From Armatimonadetes bacterium UBA1398 (GTDB lineage: Bacteria > Armatimonadota > Zipacnadia > UBA1398), in contig DBQI01000026.1 of the NCBI GenBank assembly GCA_002305165.1, forward strand, positions 5,398 through 69,397: a stretch of DNA of 64,000 nucleotides, written 5' to 3'. Position numbers and translations under genes: made by a program. Below the pieces are notes generated by a model. It saw nothing but the letters and a program-made list of their open reading frames with translations. It was not told the DNA's origin and made no database searches. Positions 1-9,943 of this stretch are shown one piece after another (the first letter of the stretch is position 1; every line of letters starts with the position of its first letter).

Positions 1-1
1 G

Positions 2-139
2 GCCTCCCTGGGCGGCCGAGGTATCTTCCTGCGCCGGGGGCGCATAGAGGATGCGGGTGAGATGCAGCAGCTCCTGAGTCGAGACGGCGGTTCGGTGGTC
101 GCGCAGTTCCTGAACGGCGAGCTGAGGGAGTCGTCCTAG
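2..139 (+). CDS. ABC transporter ATP-binding protein, C-terminal fragment (FetA/YbbL-like); 5' end is outside the window
   Basis: Frame 2 is open from the window edge to TAG at 137-139, immediately before the ATG of the FetB-like permease (TAGGATG). The translation ...GRIEDAGEMQQLLSRDGGSVVAQFLNGELRESS resembles ABC ATPase C-terminal tails. It is not in the ORF track because it lacks a start. Confidence 0.45.
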   Translation, partial: ASLGGRGIFLRRGRIEDAGEMQQLLSRDGGSVVAQFLNGELRESS

Positions 140-140
140 G

Positions 141-935
141 ATGCCGGACTCGAGCACCTATATTCAGCTTGATTGGGTCTCGATGATGGCGGGCTCCGCC
201 CTCATCCTGTTGACCATCGCCATCAGCTTCTGGCGTGGCCTGGGCGCAGAGAAGGATCTGTTCATCGCCTCGGTGCGGTGCGCCGGCCAGCTTCTCGTCA
301 TGGGGCTCGTGCTACGGTACCTCTTCAGGCTGCGCGAATGGTACCTGGTCATCGGCGTGTTGGTCCTGATGACCGGGTTCGCCGCGTGGGAGTCCTATCG
401 GAGGGTTCGTAAGCCGGTGGCGGGTACGCTTTGGGTGATCTCGGCATGCGTCTTCGTCGCCACGCTGATCTCCGTCTCGTACCTCACCCATGTAGTCGTG
501 CGCGTGCGCGTCTGGTACGACCCTCAGTACCTCATTCCCCTCGCGGGAATGATACTGGGGCAGGCGGTGAACGGCGCCGCGATCGCGGCTGAGCGACTGA
601 CCCAGTCTATCCGTGACAACGTTGGGGACATAGAGACCTACCTAGCCCTCGGTGCGACTCCTCGTCGGGCGTGCCGGAAGCACCTGCGCGACGCTGTTCA
701 CGCCGGTCTCATCCCGACAGTGACAGCGATGATGGTTGCTGGGATCGTGAAGCTGCCCGGGATGATGACGGGCCAGATACTGGCTGGCGCCGATCCTTTC
801 GATGCGACGCTATACCAGATCGTGATCTTCTTCGCCCTGAGCTTCATGGCCGGCATCACGGCGATGATGGTCGTCGAGTTGCTTCATCGTCGCTTCTTCG
901 TTGGTGACGTGCGCCTGAGGCGCGAGGCTGTGTAG
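141..935 (+). CDS. fetB: ABC transporter permease, UPF0014/FetB (YbbM) family
   Basis: 264 aa polytopic membrane protein with the FetB-family conserved stretches LGATP, KLPGMMTGQILAGADP and YQIVIFF, alignable over its whole length with E. coli FetB/YbbM. It is translationally adjacent to the upstream ATPase fragment. Confidence 0.75.
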   Translation: MPDSSTYIQLDWVSMMAGSALILLTIAISFWRGLGAEKDLFIASVRCAGQLLVMGLVLRYLFRLREWYLVIGVLVLMTGFAAWESYRRVRKPVAGTLWVISACVFVATLISVSYLTHVVVRVRVWYDPQYLIPLAGMILGQAVNGAAIAAERLTQSIRDNVGDIETYLALGATPRRACRKHLRDAVHAGLIPTVTAMMVAGIVKLPGMMTGQILAGADPFDATLYQIVIFFALSFMAGITAMMVVELLHRRFFVGDVRLRREAV

Positions 936-958
936 ATCCGAAGGATGAGGAGCCGCGT

Positions 959-1645
959 ATGGACCCAATTGTGCAAGTCTCGATCGACCTCATGACCCTC
1001 GAAGACGCACTGCCCGTGGCGGAGATCGCCGTCGAGGCGGGGGTAGACTGGCTGGAGGTGGGGACTCCACTCATTCTAGGCGAGGGACTCCACGCCGTGC
1101 GCGCGTTCCGGGAGCGTTGGCCCGACCACAAGGTGGTCGCGGACTTGAAGACGATGGACGCGGGCTACCTCGAGGCCGAGATGATGGCCAAGGCGGGCGC
1201 CGATCTTATCGTGGTCATGGCCGCGGCGCACTGGTCGACGGTCCAAGGGGCCTGCCGGGCCGCGAAGGACTACGGTGTGCAGGTCATGGGGGACATCATG
1301 CTCGCCGAGGATAAACCGGCGTGTGCCCGACGGATGCAGGAGTTGGGCGTAGACTACGTGATCGTGCACACCGGCTTCGATGAACGCAACGCGGAGCCCG
1401 GCAAGAGCCCGATCCACGACGTGCCGGGCGTCGTCGAAGCAGTCTCCATCCCCGTCCAGGCCGTTGGAGGGCTCTCTGTGGAGCAGGCGATCGCCATGCC
1501 GAAGATGGGGGCGCCCCTGGTCGTTATCGGCGCGCCACTCGTGATCGATGGGCAGGAGTTCGCGCCCGGTGACACAGCCGATCGGTTGCTGGAACTGCTT
1601 CAGCATATCGTGCGCGAGGTCAAGGCCCAAGGCAGAGAGGACTGA
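959..1645 (+). CDS. hxlA: 3-hexulose-6-phosphate synthase (OMP decarboxylase-like family, HxlA)
   Basis: 228 aa. The N-terminus MDPIVQVSIDLMTLEDALPVAE...LEVGTPLILGEGL...KVVADLKTMDAGYLEAEMMAKAGADLIVV aligns with HPS/KGPDC family proteins, including the conserved DxKxxD and GG(I/L) motifs. Confidence 0.7.
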   Translation: MDPIVQVSIDLMTLEDALPVAEIAVEAGVDWLEVGTPLILGEGLHAVRAFRERWPDHKVVADLKTMDAGYLEAEMMAKAGADLIVVMAAAHWSTVQGACRAAKDYGVQVMGDIMLAEDKPACARRMQELGVDYVIVHTGFDERNAEPGKSPIHDVPGVVEAVSIPVQAVGGLSVEQAIAMPKMGAPLVVIGAPLVIDGQEFAPGDTADRLLELLQHIVREVKAQGRED

Positions 1646-1652
1646 GGTCCAG

Positions 1653-2690
1653 ATGCAGGCGGTTGTGAAGTATGGGCAGTCGGACGGAGAGGTCGAGCTT
1701 CGGGAGGTGCCGGAACCGACGGCGGCCCCGGGCCACGTGCTGTTGGAGGTCGGGGCGGCGGGAGTGTGCGGCTCGGACATCGAGATGTGGCGCCACCACG
1801 TGACCTTCCGTGTGGAGACGCCGGTGATCCAGGGCCATGAGTTCGGCGGCACCATCGCCGCCCTCGGTGAGGGCGCGACCGGCTTCGAGGTGGGCCAGCG
1901 TGTCGTGAGTGAGACGGCGGCCTTCATCTGCGGCGTGTGCCCGCAGTGCCGGTCGGGGGAGTACAACCTGTGCCCTCATCGCCTTGGCTTCGGGTACGGC
2001 ACGAACGGGGCTTTCTGCCGGTACGTGAGCGTTCCGACCCGGTGCCTGCACAGCATTCCTGATGGCGTTCCTTTCGAGCACGCGGCCCTCACGGAGCCCG
2101 CCTGTGTCTCGTACAACGCCATCGTGGTGAAGAGCGAACCGAGACCGGGGGAGATGTGCGTCATCATCGGGCCCGGACCGATAGGGCTCTTCGCCGTTCA
2201 GGTGGCGAGGCTGGTGGGATGTGACCCCATCGTGCTGGTGGGGACCGTGGGTGACGTAGGCAGGCTCAAGGTGGGGGAGAGTCTCGGTGCGACACACGTA
2301 TTCCTTGTGGGCGAGGACGACGTGGCAGCGAGGGTCAGCGAGATGTCGGGCGGTTACGGAGCGCCACTGGTGGTTGACGCCGCAGGCAACTCGGCAACCC
2401 TCAGGCTCTCGATGGAACTCGTCGCGAGGAACGGGCAGATCACGAAGATCGGTTGGGGCCCGAAGCCCGTGGAGTTCAGCCTGGATCCCATCATTCAGAA
2501 GGCGGCTCGGCTCCAGGGGACGTTCAGCCACACCTGGCGAACGTGGGAGGCGGTGCTTTCCCTGATCGCCTCGGGAGGGATCCAGATGGAGCCTATGGTG
2601 ACCCACGTCCTTCCCATCACGGAATGGGAGAAGGCCTACCATCTAGTGGAGGACCGTGAGGCGGTCAAAGTGGTTCTGCGGTCTGAGTAG
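1653..2690 (+). CDS. Zn-dependent alcohol/polyol dehydrogenase (MDR family, sorbitol/threonine dehydrogenase-like)
   Basis: The domain starts at the internal ATG at 1653. It carries the GHEFGG catalytic zinc motif, the CGVCPQC structural zinc Cys cluster, and a GPGPIGL Rossmann motif. Confidence 0.85.
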   Translation: MQAVVKYGQSDGEVELREVPEPTAAPGHVLLEVGAAGVCGSDIEMWRHHVTFRVETPVIQGHEFGGTIAALGEGATGFEVGQRVVSETAAFICGVCPQCRSGEYNLCPHRLGFGYGTNGAFCRYVSVPTRCLHSIPDGVPFEHAALTEPACVSYNAIVVKSEPRPGEMCVIIGPGPIGLFAVQVARLVGCDPIVLVGTVGDVGRLKVGESLGATHVFLVGEDDVAARVSEMSGGYGAPLVVDAAGNSATLRLSMELVARNGQITKIGWGPKPVEFSLDPIIQKAARLQGTFSHTWRTWEAVLSLIASGGIQMEPMVTHVLPITEWEKAYHLVEDREAVKVVLRSE

Positions 2691-2726
2691 GGCCGGTCAA
2701 GGGAGGCCCAGGCGGGAGCGGACAGA

Positions 2727-4079
2727 GTGCGGGTATTCATCGTAGGCGCCGGAAGTATGGGATTCGCCCTCGCTCAGGAACTGGACGAGGAGGGCCATGA
2801 GGTCGTCGTCATGGACAGGGATCCGGCGCGAATAGACCTGGCGCGCACGCAGCTCGACGTGCTGGGGATCGCAGGGTCGGGGCTCAACCTGCGAGGCCTC
2901 CGGGAGGCGGGGCTGGAGTCGGCGGATCTTCTGATTGCCACGACAGGGCTTGATGAGGTCAACCTCGTGGCGTGCCTGCTAGCGCGGGAGATCGGGGTAC
3001 GTCGCCGGATCGCTCGCGTGCACTTTCAGGACCTGATCGAGGACATCGCTGAGGTGGAGCTGTCGGTCCTTGGCGTCGACGAACTCGTGAACCCCGCCGA
3101 GGTGACGGTGAGACAGCTCTTCGACATGGTGAGGACGCCGGGGACCCTGGAGACGGCGGAGTTCGCCGATGGCGCCATGGTGCTTCGGGGGCTGCGGGTG
3201 CTACCCCACTCGCGCTTCCTGAAGGCCCCCCTTCAAGGGCTGCGGGCCATGACGAAGCATCCCTTCGTCATCACGGGGGTGCGCCGCGGCGAGCAGTTCC
3301 TGGTGCCGAAGGGGGACTTCTCTGCAGAAGAGCACGACATCATCTACGTGGTGACTGCTGCCCCGCACCTTCAGGCCTTCCTCCGCGCCTTCGGCTTCCG
3401 CCAACGCCGCGACCAGCGGGTCATCATCTACGGCGCGAGCACTATCGGTCGGCACCTCGCTGCCAGGCTGGAGTTGGTGGAACGCGAGGTTATGCTCATC
3501 GAGCCGTCCCACGAGAAGTGCGCTCGGGCGTCGGAGGAGCTCCGCCATACCTCGGTGATCCATGGAACGCCGCTGGACAGCCATCTCATGGATGCCCTCA
3601 ACGTGGCGGAGGCGGACTACTTCCTGGGAGTGTCTGACAGCGAGGAGACCAACCTCACGGGGGCGCTCTGGGCGAAGCGGCTGGGGGCGCGTCGGGCGAT
3701 CACCCTCACCCAGCTGCCAGAGCATGTGGCGCTGTTCGAGGATCTCCCCGTCGACGCGGTAGTATGCCCCATCGCGCTCACCGTCGGCGCGATCCTCCGG
3801 CGCGTCAGGGAGGGAACGATCCTCTCGCTGTTCCGCCTCGCCGGCGAGAGGGGGGAGGCGATGGAGGTCGTCGCGCAAGAAGGCTCGCCCGCGGCGGGCA
3901 AGGTGATCCGCGACATCGACTTCCCTGCGGGCGTCGTGGCCGCGGCCGTCGTTGGGAGTGGCGCCCCACAGGTCGCTGGCGGCAACACCCTGATCGCGCC
4001 GGGTGACCGCGTGGTGGTCGTAGCGCGGGTGGACGCGCTGGACGACGCGCTCGCGCTGTTCGACGGGGACAACGGGTGA
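2727..4079 (+). CDS. trkA: Trk potassium uptake system protein TrkA (two RCK/NAD-binding domains)
   Basis: 450 aa with two repeats of the RCK_N Rossmann motif (VFIVGAGSMG...; VIIYGASTIG...), each followed by an RCK_C domain. GTG start. Its stop overlaps the trkH start by 4 nt. Confidence 0.85.
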   Translation: MRVFIVGAGSMGFALAQELDEEGHEVVVMDRDPARIDLARTQLDVLGIAGSGLNLRGLREAGLESADLLIATTGLDEVNLVACLLAREIGVRRRIARVHFQDLIEDIAEVELSVLGVDELVNPAEVTVRQLFDMVRTPGTLETAEFADGAMVLRGLRVLPHSRFLKAPLQGLRAMTKHPFVITGVRRGEQFLVPKGDFSAEEHDIIYVVTAAPHLQAFLRAFGFRQRRDQRVIIYGASTIGRHLAARLELVEREVMLIEPSHEKCARASEELRHTSVIHGTPLDSHLMDALNVAEADYFLGVSDSEETNLTGALWAKRLGARRAITLTQLPEHVALFEDLPVDAVVCPIALTVGAILRRVREGTILSLFRLAGERGEAMEVVAQEGSPAAGKVIRDIDFPAGVVAAAVVGSGAPQVAGGNTLIAPGDRVVVVARVDALDDALALFDGDNG

Positions 4080-5671
4080 ACTGGCCGCTGGTTGTCCATA
4101 CCCTCGGACGGCTAGCGGGGATCATGGCCGCGGCTATGGTCCCCTCTCTCGGCATCGCCGTCTTCGGGGGCGACCGGCCGGAGGTAGCGCCTGCAACGAC
4201 GGCCGCCTTCGCGCAGGGCATCGGGCTGAGCGCCCTGGTATCGGCCATCCTGCTGCTCGGCACCCTGGGTCGGACGGGTGGACGCTTCAGCGCCTCGGAC
4301 GGTTTCTCGATCGCCACTCTGGGATGGCTCGTGCTAGCGCTGCTCGCGGCGGTACCGCTTTACCTCTGCAAGGCGGCCGGGGCCGAAGGTGGGGCCAGTC
4401 CAGCCGCTTCCTTCAGCTTCGCCGACGCACTCTTCGAGACCATGAGCGGGCTAACGACGACCGGAGCGACGGTTTTCGGGACCGACGCCTCCGTGGTAGG
4501 TGGACGCGGCGTGATCGAGGCGCTCCCGCCGAGCTTCCTGTTCATGCGTAGCCTGTGCCACTGGTTGGGGGGCATGGGGATCATTGTGCTCTGCTTGGCG
4601 GTGCTGCCAAGCCTCGGCGCGGGCGGATACCAGGCTTTCCAGGCCGAGGTCCCTGGCCCGGTGGCGGAGCGGCTACGGCCGCGGCTTCGTGAGACGGCGG
4701 CCATCCTGTGGGGCGTCTACCTGCTTCTCACCCTGACGGAGATCCTGCTGCTGTGGATCGGTCGGATGCCGCTCTTCGATGCGATCTGCCATGCCTTCGG
4801 GACTATGGCCACGGGGGGGTTCTCGACCAAGGATGCGTCGATCGGTCACTACGCGGCGGTGGGCCACCCGTCGGCGCTCTACTTCGAGGCTGTCATCACC
4901 GTGTTCATGGCGCTGGCGGGCGTGAACTTCCTACTCCACTATCAGGCACTGCGAGGCTCTTTCGAGGGCTTCCGCCGCAACCGAGAGTTGCACTTCTACG
5001 CCCTCGTACTGGTTTTCGCCGCGTTGGTGATTGGTAGCGCCCTGGCCCTGTGGGGGGACGCGGCGTACCACTCGGCGCCCGTCATTGCACGCCACGCGAT
5101 CTTCCAGGTGGTTTCGGTCACCACGACGACGGGCTTCGTCACAACGGACTTCGATGTGTGGCCGACCCTCTGTCGCGCGGTCCTACTGATCCTCATGTTC
5201 TTCGGCGGCTGTGCCGGGTCAACGGCGGGTGGCATGAAGCAGATACGGGTTCTTGTCTTGGGCAAGTACTTCCATCGCGAGCTGATTCGGCTTCTCCGCC
5301 CCAGCATTCTCAAGCCCATCCGCGTGGGCAGCACGGTGCTGGACTCCCGTCGGGTTGCCAACATCGTGGGGCTCGCGGTGCTCTGGGTAGGCTGTGCGGT
5401 GGCGGCCAGCCTCCTGCTGTCCGCACTCCTGTATGGCGCGGCGAACCCGAGCGTTCCAGACCATCCGGATTCCCGGCTCGTAACGGCCGTGAGTGCTGTG
5501 ATCACGACCATCAACAATGTGGGACCGGGCATGTCCGGGGTGGGTGCGCATCAGAACTACGGATGGATGCCTGCGGGGGCGAAGCTTCTGCTCAGCCTCT
5601 GCATGTTGATGGGGCGGCTGGAGATCTACTCTGTGCTGATCGTGTTCCTACCGCGTACCTGGCGCCTCTGA
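4076..5671 (+). CDS. trkH: Trk potassium uptake protein TrkH
   Basis: 531 aa polytopic membrane protein with TrkH signature segments (GGMGIIVLCLAVLPSLGAGGYQAF; TTTGF repeats). It is translationally coupled to trkA. Confidence 0.9.
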   Translation: MNWPLVVHTLGRLAGIMAAAMVPSLGIAVFGGDRPEVAPATTAAFAQGIGLSALVSAILLLGTLGRTGGRFSASDGFSIATLGWLVLALLAAVPLYLCKAAGAEGGASPAASFSFADALFETMSGLTTTGATVFGTDASVVGGRGVIEALPPSFLFMRSLCHWLGGMGIIVLCLAVLPSLGAGGYQAFQAEVPGPVAERLRPRLRETAAILWGVYLLLTLTEILLLWIGRMPLFDAICHAFGTMATGGFSTKDASIGHYAAVGHPSALYFEAVITVFMALAGVNFLLHYQALRGSFEGFRRNRELHFYALVLVFAALVIGSALALWGDAAYHSAPVIARHAIFQVVSVTTTTGFVTTDFDVWPTLCRAVLLILMFFGGCAGSTAGGMKQIRVLVLGKYFHRELIRLLRPSILKPIRVGSTVLDSRRVANIVGLAVLWVGCAVAASLLLSALLYGAANPSVPDHPDSRLVTAVSAVITTINNVGPGMSGVGAHQNYGWMPAGAKLLLSLCMLMGRLEIYSVLIVFLPRTWRL

Positions 5672-5681
5672 GTGCAGAGCG

Positions 5682-5715
5682 GCACTCCCCCGAGGGGTTT
5701 CCCTCGGGGGAGTGC
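5682..5715. terminator. Near-perfect 15-bp GC-rich hairpin (GCACTCCCCCGAGGG-gttt-CCCTCGGGGGAGTGC) between convergent trkH and the GH172 gene; likely bidirectional terminator without U-tract
   Basis: Read directly from the sequence. The inverted repeat sits in the 54-nt gap between two convergent stop codons (5671 and 5726). Confidence 0.55.
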
Positions 5716-5725
5716 TCGAGGTGGC

Positions 5726-7789
5726 TTACCGAGGGACGATCCACACGAAGTCGACGCCGACATCGGAGCCAGCGCCCTCCTCGCCCGGGCCGAGGGCCGT
5801 CACGGTGAGGGTGTGCTCGCCCGCGGCGAGGTCGAGGGTGTCGAAGAAGAAGTTCCGCAGCATCTCCATGTGAGGCGTGAACAGGTCGGGCTGTAAGCCC
5901 ATCGGGTCGGCGCCGTCTAGGGAGACGCTGAAGCGGCCGCTGGTAGGCGAGAGCGCGCAGGTCAGGACGATCTGGTATCTGCGGCCCTCGGGCACGTCTA
6001 TGGCGAACTGAACGCTGTCCCCCTCGCTCGGTCCCGCTAGCAGCACCAACCCGTCGCCGGACCACATCTCGCCCGACACGACCTCTGCGGGTCCGGCATC
6101 CGCGATGATGTCCTCCGCCTGCCAGAAGGTGGCTCCGCTGGCGGCGCCCAGGGCGAGGGGTTCCCACCCGATGGGCAGATCCAGGCCCAGGGTCACGTCG
6201 AGGGTTGTCAGAGGCACGAAGGCGTCGCGCAGTGTGTCATCGGCGTAGACGTAGGCGATGCGGCCGTAGCTGATGCCGGGCGTGTGGGTGTGGCTGAATA
6301 GCTCCATGTAGAAGTCAAGGCGCTCCTGGAACGGCAGGGGATCGAGGATGTGGAACCTGTTGTTCGCCACGAAGCCGCGGTTATCGGGGCCGGTGGTCAG
6401 CGGTTGGCACGCGTAGGCCGTCTGGAAGAGATCCGGGCGACTCCAGGCGTAGTTGTAGTAGTCCTCGGATCCGGTGCCAAAGAGCGAGGGGAAGGCGTCG
6501 TCGTCGACCCAGATCTTCTCGTCCCCCTCGCCCCACCAGTTGCCCCCAGAGGTTGGGACCAGCGAGGAGTTGAGCAACATGCACGCGACTCCGACGAGCA
6601 CCCCGCGGCCGCGGGCAACGATGTAGGGCAGGTCGAAGACGCCTGTCAGGCCCTGTGCTTCGAGGTCATGATTGATCTGCCACTTCGCATAGAGATGGAG
6701 CGATGACTCCGGGTTCCACTCGTAGGAGGCGACATTGATGGCCCCCTCGACGGTCGCCTCAGCGCCAGAGCGGTTCTGGACGACGATCCGAGCAGACCGC
6801 GCGAAGGGCATCACGAAGCGACAGGTCATCGTGCCGTCGGGCCTTACCGTGAACGGCAGGCTGTCGTACGGAGCGAGACCCGGACCGGCGCCGAAGAAGT
6901 CGCCCAGTGGGCTCTCGACCTGGGGTTGCTCGGCCCCGTCGAAGAAGACCTTGAGGATCACGCCTCGCAGGGCTCGCCGCAGGTTCTCCCCCTGCACGGA
7001 CAGGGAGAGCTCGCGAATCACCTGAGACCCCTCAAGAGCGATGAGTTCGCTCGCGCCACCAGCCGGAACCTCAGCACGGAGGTCGTAGGTTGTCCCATCG
7101 GCCTCGGGGTAGGTGGCCTCGGTATCCGCCAGGATGGCGATGGCCCGCTCGATCTCCGCGCTGTATGTGGTCAAATCGCCGGTGGCGAAGGACTGGACTT
7201 GGGTGCCCTCCTCGTACAGACGGGCCTCCATGTGGTAGAAGTGGAGCCGATCGAGCTGCCCAGTCCACTCGATGCGTAGGCTCTCGGCAAAGGGAATGGG
7301 GAAGTAGCAGGCCATGTTCTGGTGGAAGCCGCGCTCCACGTCGGCCTCGATGATGCCCTCGCGCTGGGCGAGTTCGCTGTAGGTCCACATCATGAACCGC
7401 TCGGCAGGGCCCTCGTAGAGGAGGCTCCCGTCGAGGATAACCGTTACGTCGCCGTTGATCGCCGCGGTCCACGTGCGCACCAAGGCGCCTGGGCCACGCC
7501 AATCGGCCATGAGATACCGGCCGACGCCCTCATCGTTCGGCTCCTCGAGTACCTCGAGGTAGCCAGGAATGGGCTCTCCCCCAAAACCGTCACTGTTGGC
7601 GTACCAACCCGGTGCGTAGGGCCTAACACTGCGACGATCGTAGGAGGAGACCTGGACGGTCTTGTAGGCGGGATCCGGGAACTCAGCGAGTTGCGAGAGG
7701 GTCACCATCTCGTGAAGCAGTGACCCAGTAGTCACCGGACCGGCGGCGGTTGTGTTGAGAGCCGTAACAGCAAGCAGAATCGTTGTCAT
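5726..7789 (-). CDS. Secreted GH172/DUF2961-family protein with C-terminal beta-sandwich (CBM-like) extension
   Basis: 687 aa. It has an N-terminal signal peptide (MTTILLAVTALNTTAAGP). The central region has DUF2961-like motifs (WWGEGDEKIWVDDD...FGTGSEDYYNYAWS). The ~150-aa C-terminal extension has a carbohydrate-binding look. Confidence 0.65.
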   Translation of the reverse strand: MTTILLAVTALNTTAAGPVTTGSLLHEMVTLSQLAEFPDPAYKTVQVSSYDRRSVRPYAPGWYANSDGFGGEPIPGYLEVLEEPNDEGVGRYLMADWRGPGALVRTWTAAINGDVTVILDGSLLYEGPAERFMMWTYSELAQREGIIEADVERGFHQNMACYFPIPFAESLRIEWTGQLDRLHFYHMEARLYEEGTQVQSFATGDLTTYSAEIERAIAILADTEATYPEADGTTYDLRAEVPAGGASELIALEGSQVIRELSLSVQGENLRRALRGVILKVFFDGAEQPQVESPLGDFFGAGPGLAPYDSLPFTVRPDGTMTCRFVMPFARSARIVVQNRSGAEATVEGAINVASYEWNPESSLHLYAKWQINHDLEAQGLTGVFDLPYIVARGRGVLVGVACMLLNSSLVPTSGGNWWGEGDEKIWVDDDAFPSLFGTGSEDYYNYAWSRPDLFQTAYACQPLTTGPDNRGFVANNRFHILDPLPFQERLDFYMELFSHTHTPGISYGRIAYVYADDTLRDAFVPLTTLDVTLGLDLPIGWEPLALGAASGATFWQAEDIIADAGPAEVVSGEMWSGDGLVLLAGPSEGDSVQFAIDVPEGRRYQIVLTCALSPTSGRFSVSLDGADPMGLQPDLFTPHMEMLRNFFFDTLDLAAGEHTLTVTALGPGEEGAGSDVGVDFVWIVPR

Positions 7790-7935
7790 GCGTGGAAAGC
7801 CTCCTGAGCATTGAGCTGCAGAGGGCCTATTCCGCGCATAACGGTCGATCCCTGCGCCTCATGCCAGGGGGTACAAAGCGAGAGCGCCCCCACAGGGGGC
7901 GCTCTGTACCTACCGCTCACTCAGGAACGATGGAA

Positions 7936-9711
7936 CTAGAAGTACCAGTTCACCGATCCACGAGCCATGGCGCCTACCTGGCTGGCCCCGCCGACACCAG
8001 AGAACTGGGTCAGACCGAGGTCAACGGTGACATCGAAGTCGCCATGGATGCTGATATCGGTACCCGCAATGGCGGTCCAGCGGCTGTTCACGCCATCGGC
8101 CTCGTTGATGAGGCGGAAGCGCCAGTCGCGACTGCCGGAGTGGTAGACGATGTCAGCCCAGGCGGCGTTCTCGCCGTAGACAGCCGGGATCTTGCTGTTC
8201 GTGCGCTGGAACCAGAAGCCCGGCCTGTAGGCGGTGCCGGGGACGCCGCCCATCGCAAACGGCGCCTCATTGTAGCTGAAGAGGTACGGGGTGGTCAGGT
8301 CGGCATTCCTGCCGCTGCGCGCGCTCGGGTTCGCGCCGAGGGGGAGCTGGGCGTAGGACAGACTGATATCCCAGTCCTCGTCGCGCAGAACATCCGCCGC
8401 CACGTACCAGGCCAGGTTGTTGAGGCCGAGGTTGTTCAGCGGGGTGGTCACCTCAGCGCGGATCCCCTCGCCATCCTGGGCATCCCACATGTACTTGACG
8501 TCGACGCCAAGCCGGCCGAACTGCTCGCCGGCGTCGGTGCCGCCGTACCCATCGAGGTCGTTCCAGATCCACGTCACGCCGCCGCCCCAGAGGTCGTCGT
8601 CGGCATCATCAGGATCGTCATAGTTCGCGAGCCTGGCGACGAAGTGGGGACGGGTGTTCATGCCGCCCGCGAAGTAGAACTCGAGCTCATCGAGAGCGGT
8701 GTCGGTAAACTGGGCACGGATGCCATCGGTCGAGCGCGAGTCGTTGTCGAAGGTGAGCCCCTCGGCATAACCGACATACTGACGGCCGATAGTGAGATCC
8801 ACGTCAGCGCCGAAGACCTCAGTGTCATCCACGCGAACCCATGCCTGATCGGGCACAGTGAACGTCTGGTCGACGGGAAGCGCGTTGTCGTTCTCCCACA
8901 GCACGATGCCAACACTGGTCTTGGAGTTGATGCGCTTGTAGAACTCCAGCCAGATGTCGTAGCTGTTGGCAAGCTCGACAGCGTCCACGAGCCCGGCCGC
9001 GTTCGCGCCAGAGGCAACAGCCACGAAGTCGGTGGCGAGCATGCCAGTGATGACGTCCGGCTCCTCCTCGAGGGCCTTCACGCGGGCCTCGAGAGCCGCA
9101 AGGTCATCGGTCAGGTCGCCGAGGCGGCCATCGATCTCGGCCAGCTCGGGCTCGAGCCAATCGCGCAGCTCAGCGATCTTCTGGTTCAGCGTGGCCTCGT
9201 CGATCAAGCCGCGCTCAGCGATCGCGTCATCCACGAGACCGGCAAGACGGTTGGCATCAACGGTGCCAGCAGGGCCAGCGGGACCAGCCGGACCACGGGG
9301 GCCCGGATCGCCGCGCTCACCCTTGGCGCCAGCGGGACCAGCAGGGCCAGCGGGACCGGCAGGGCCAGCGGGACCAGCAGGACCGGCAACGCCATCCTCA
9401 CCGGGGGTGCCAGGGCCCTCGACGCCCACATTGGCATCGACGTACCACAGCAGGCGAGCCAACGCCATCGCGAACTCGTAACGGGTCAGGAAGTTCTTGC
9501 CCTTGAAGGTCCCGTCGGGGTAACCCTCAAGTAGCCCCGCATCGTAAAGCTCGGCGATCGCGTCATATGCCCAGTGATCCCAGGGAACGTCCGGGGGCAC
9601 GGGGCCGCCGGCGACCATGGTGACACCGGTATCCCAGTCAGCGGACGCCGGAATAACGAGGGCCGCAGCTAGAACTGCCGCTACTACAGATACGAACAGC
9701 GTGCGTCTCAT
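7936..9711 (-). CDS. SLH-domain outer-membrane tether/porin (OmpM/SlpA-like): signal peptide, SLH domain, collagen-like GPA repeats, coiled coil, C-terminal beta-barrel
   Basis: 591 aa. Signal peptide ...PASA/DW. SLH motif [42 protein letters not shown]. About 17 Gly-X-Y triplets ([10 protein letters not shown]...[19 protein letters not shown]). A heptad-like region ([43 protein letters not shown]). A ~370-aa C-terminal region with alternating hydrophobic/aromatic residues ends in ...VNWYF, an OMP beta-barrel C-terminal signature. Confidence 0.8.
   Translation of the reverse strand: MRRTLFVSVVAAVLAAALVIPASADWDTGVTMVAGGPVPPDVPWDHWAYDAIAELYDAGLLEGYPDGTFKGKNFLTRYEFAMALARLLWYVDANVGVEGPGTPGEDGVAGPAGPAGPAGPAGPAGPAGAKGERGDPGPRGPAGPAGPAGTVDANRLAGLVDDAIAERGLIDEATLNQKIAELRDWLEPELAEIDGRLGDLTDDLAALEARVKALEEEPDVITGMLATDFVAVASGANAAGLVDAVELANSYDIWLEFYKRINSKTSVGIVLWENDNALPVDQTFTVPDQAWVRVDDTEVFGADVDLTIGRQYVGYAEGLTFDNDSRSTDGIRAQFTDTALDELEFYFAGGMNTRPHFVARLANYDDPDDADDDLWGGGVTWIWNDLDGYGGTDAGEQFGRLGVDVKYMWDAQDGEGIRAEVTTPLNNLGLNNLAWYVAADVLRDEDWDISLSYAQLPLGANPSARSGRNADLTTPYLFSYNEAPFAMGGVPGTAYRPGFWFQRTNSKIPAVYGENAAWADIVYHSGSRDWRFRLINEADGVNSRWTAIAGTDISIHGDFDVTVDLGLTQFSGVGGASQVGAMARGSVNWYF
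9265..9420. repeat. Tandem 9-bp repeats (gggaccagc/agggccagc/gggaccggc variants) encoding the collagen-like GPA triplets of the SLH protein
   Basis: Direct inspection shows at least 7 consecutive near-identical 9-mers in frame with the CDS; this is a potential slipped-strand length-variation site. Confidence 0.7.
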
Positions 9712-9943
9712 TGTATGTCGCCCTCCTACGAATGAAGAGCTTCCTTTGACCGACGTGAAGCGAAAGCGCCGTAGGAGGAAGACCCCTCAGGAGTAGGTAG
9801 GTCCGGCAACCATTGCACAAGTGTCCACGTTTCCTTGCGCGGTTGCGTCGCCGCCCGCTTCCGTTGGCAGTCTCCCTTTTGGCTACACCGCTCCTCTCCG
9901 CGCAGACTACGCTCACGTCTGAGGAAGCTCACCAACACTAGCA

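Noticed and set aside
1076-2642. Two long minus-strand ORFs (296 aa and 340 aa) overlapping hxlA and the Zn-dehydrogenase
   Set aside because: Arg/His/Pro-rich nonsense translations opposite two genes with strong family motifs; GC-driven lack of stops.
7783-9534. 583-aa ORF on + strand antisense to the SLH/beta-barrel gene
   Set aside because: Ala/Gly/Val/Arg-rich low-complexity translation with no motifs, whereas the opposite strand encodes clear SLH, collagen, coiled-coil and barrel modules plus a signal peptide. This is a typical high-GC shadow ORF.
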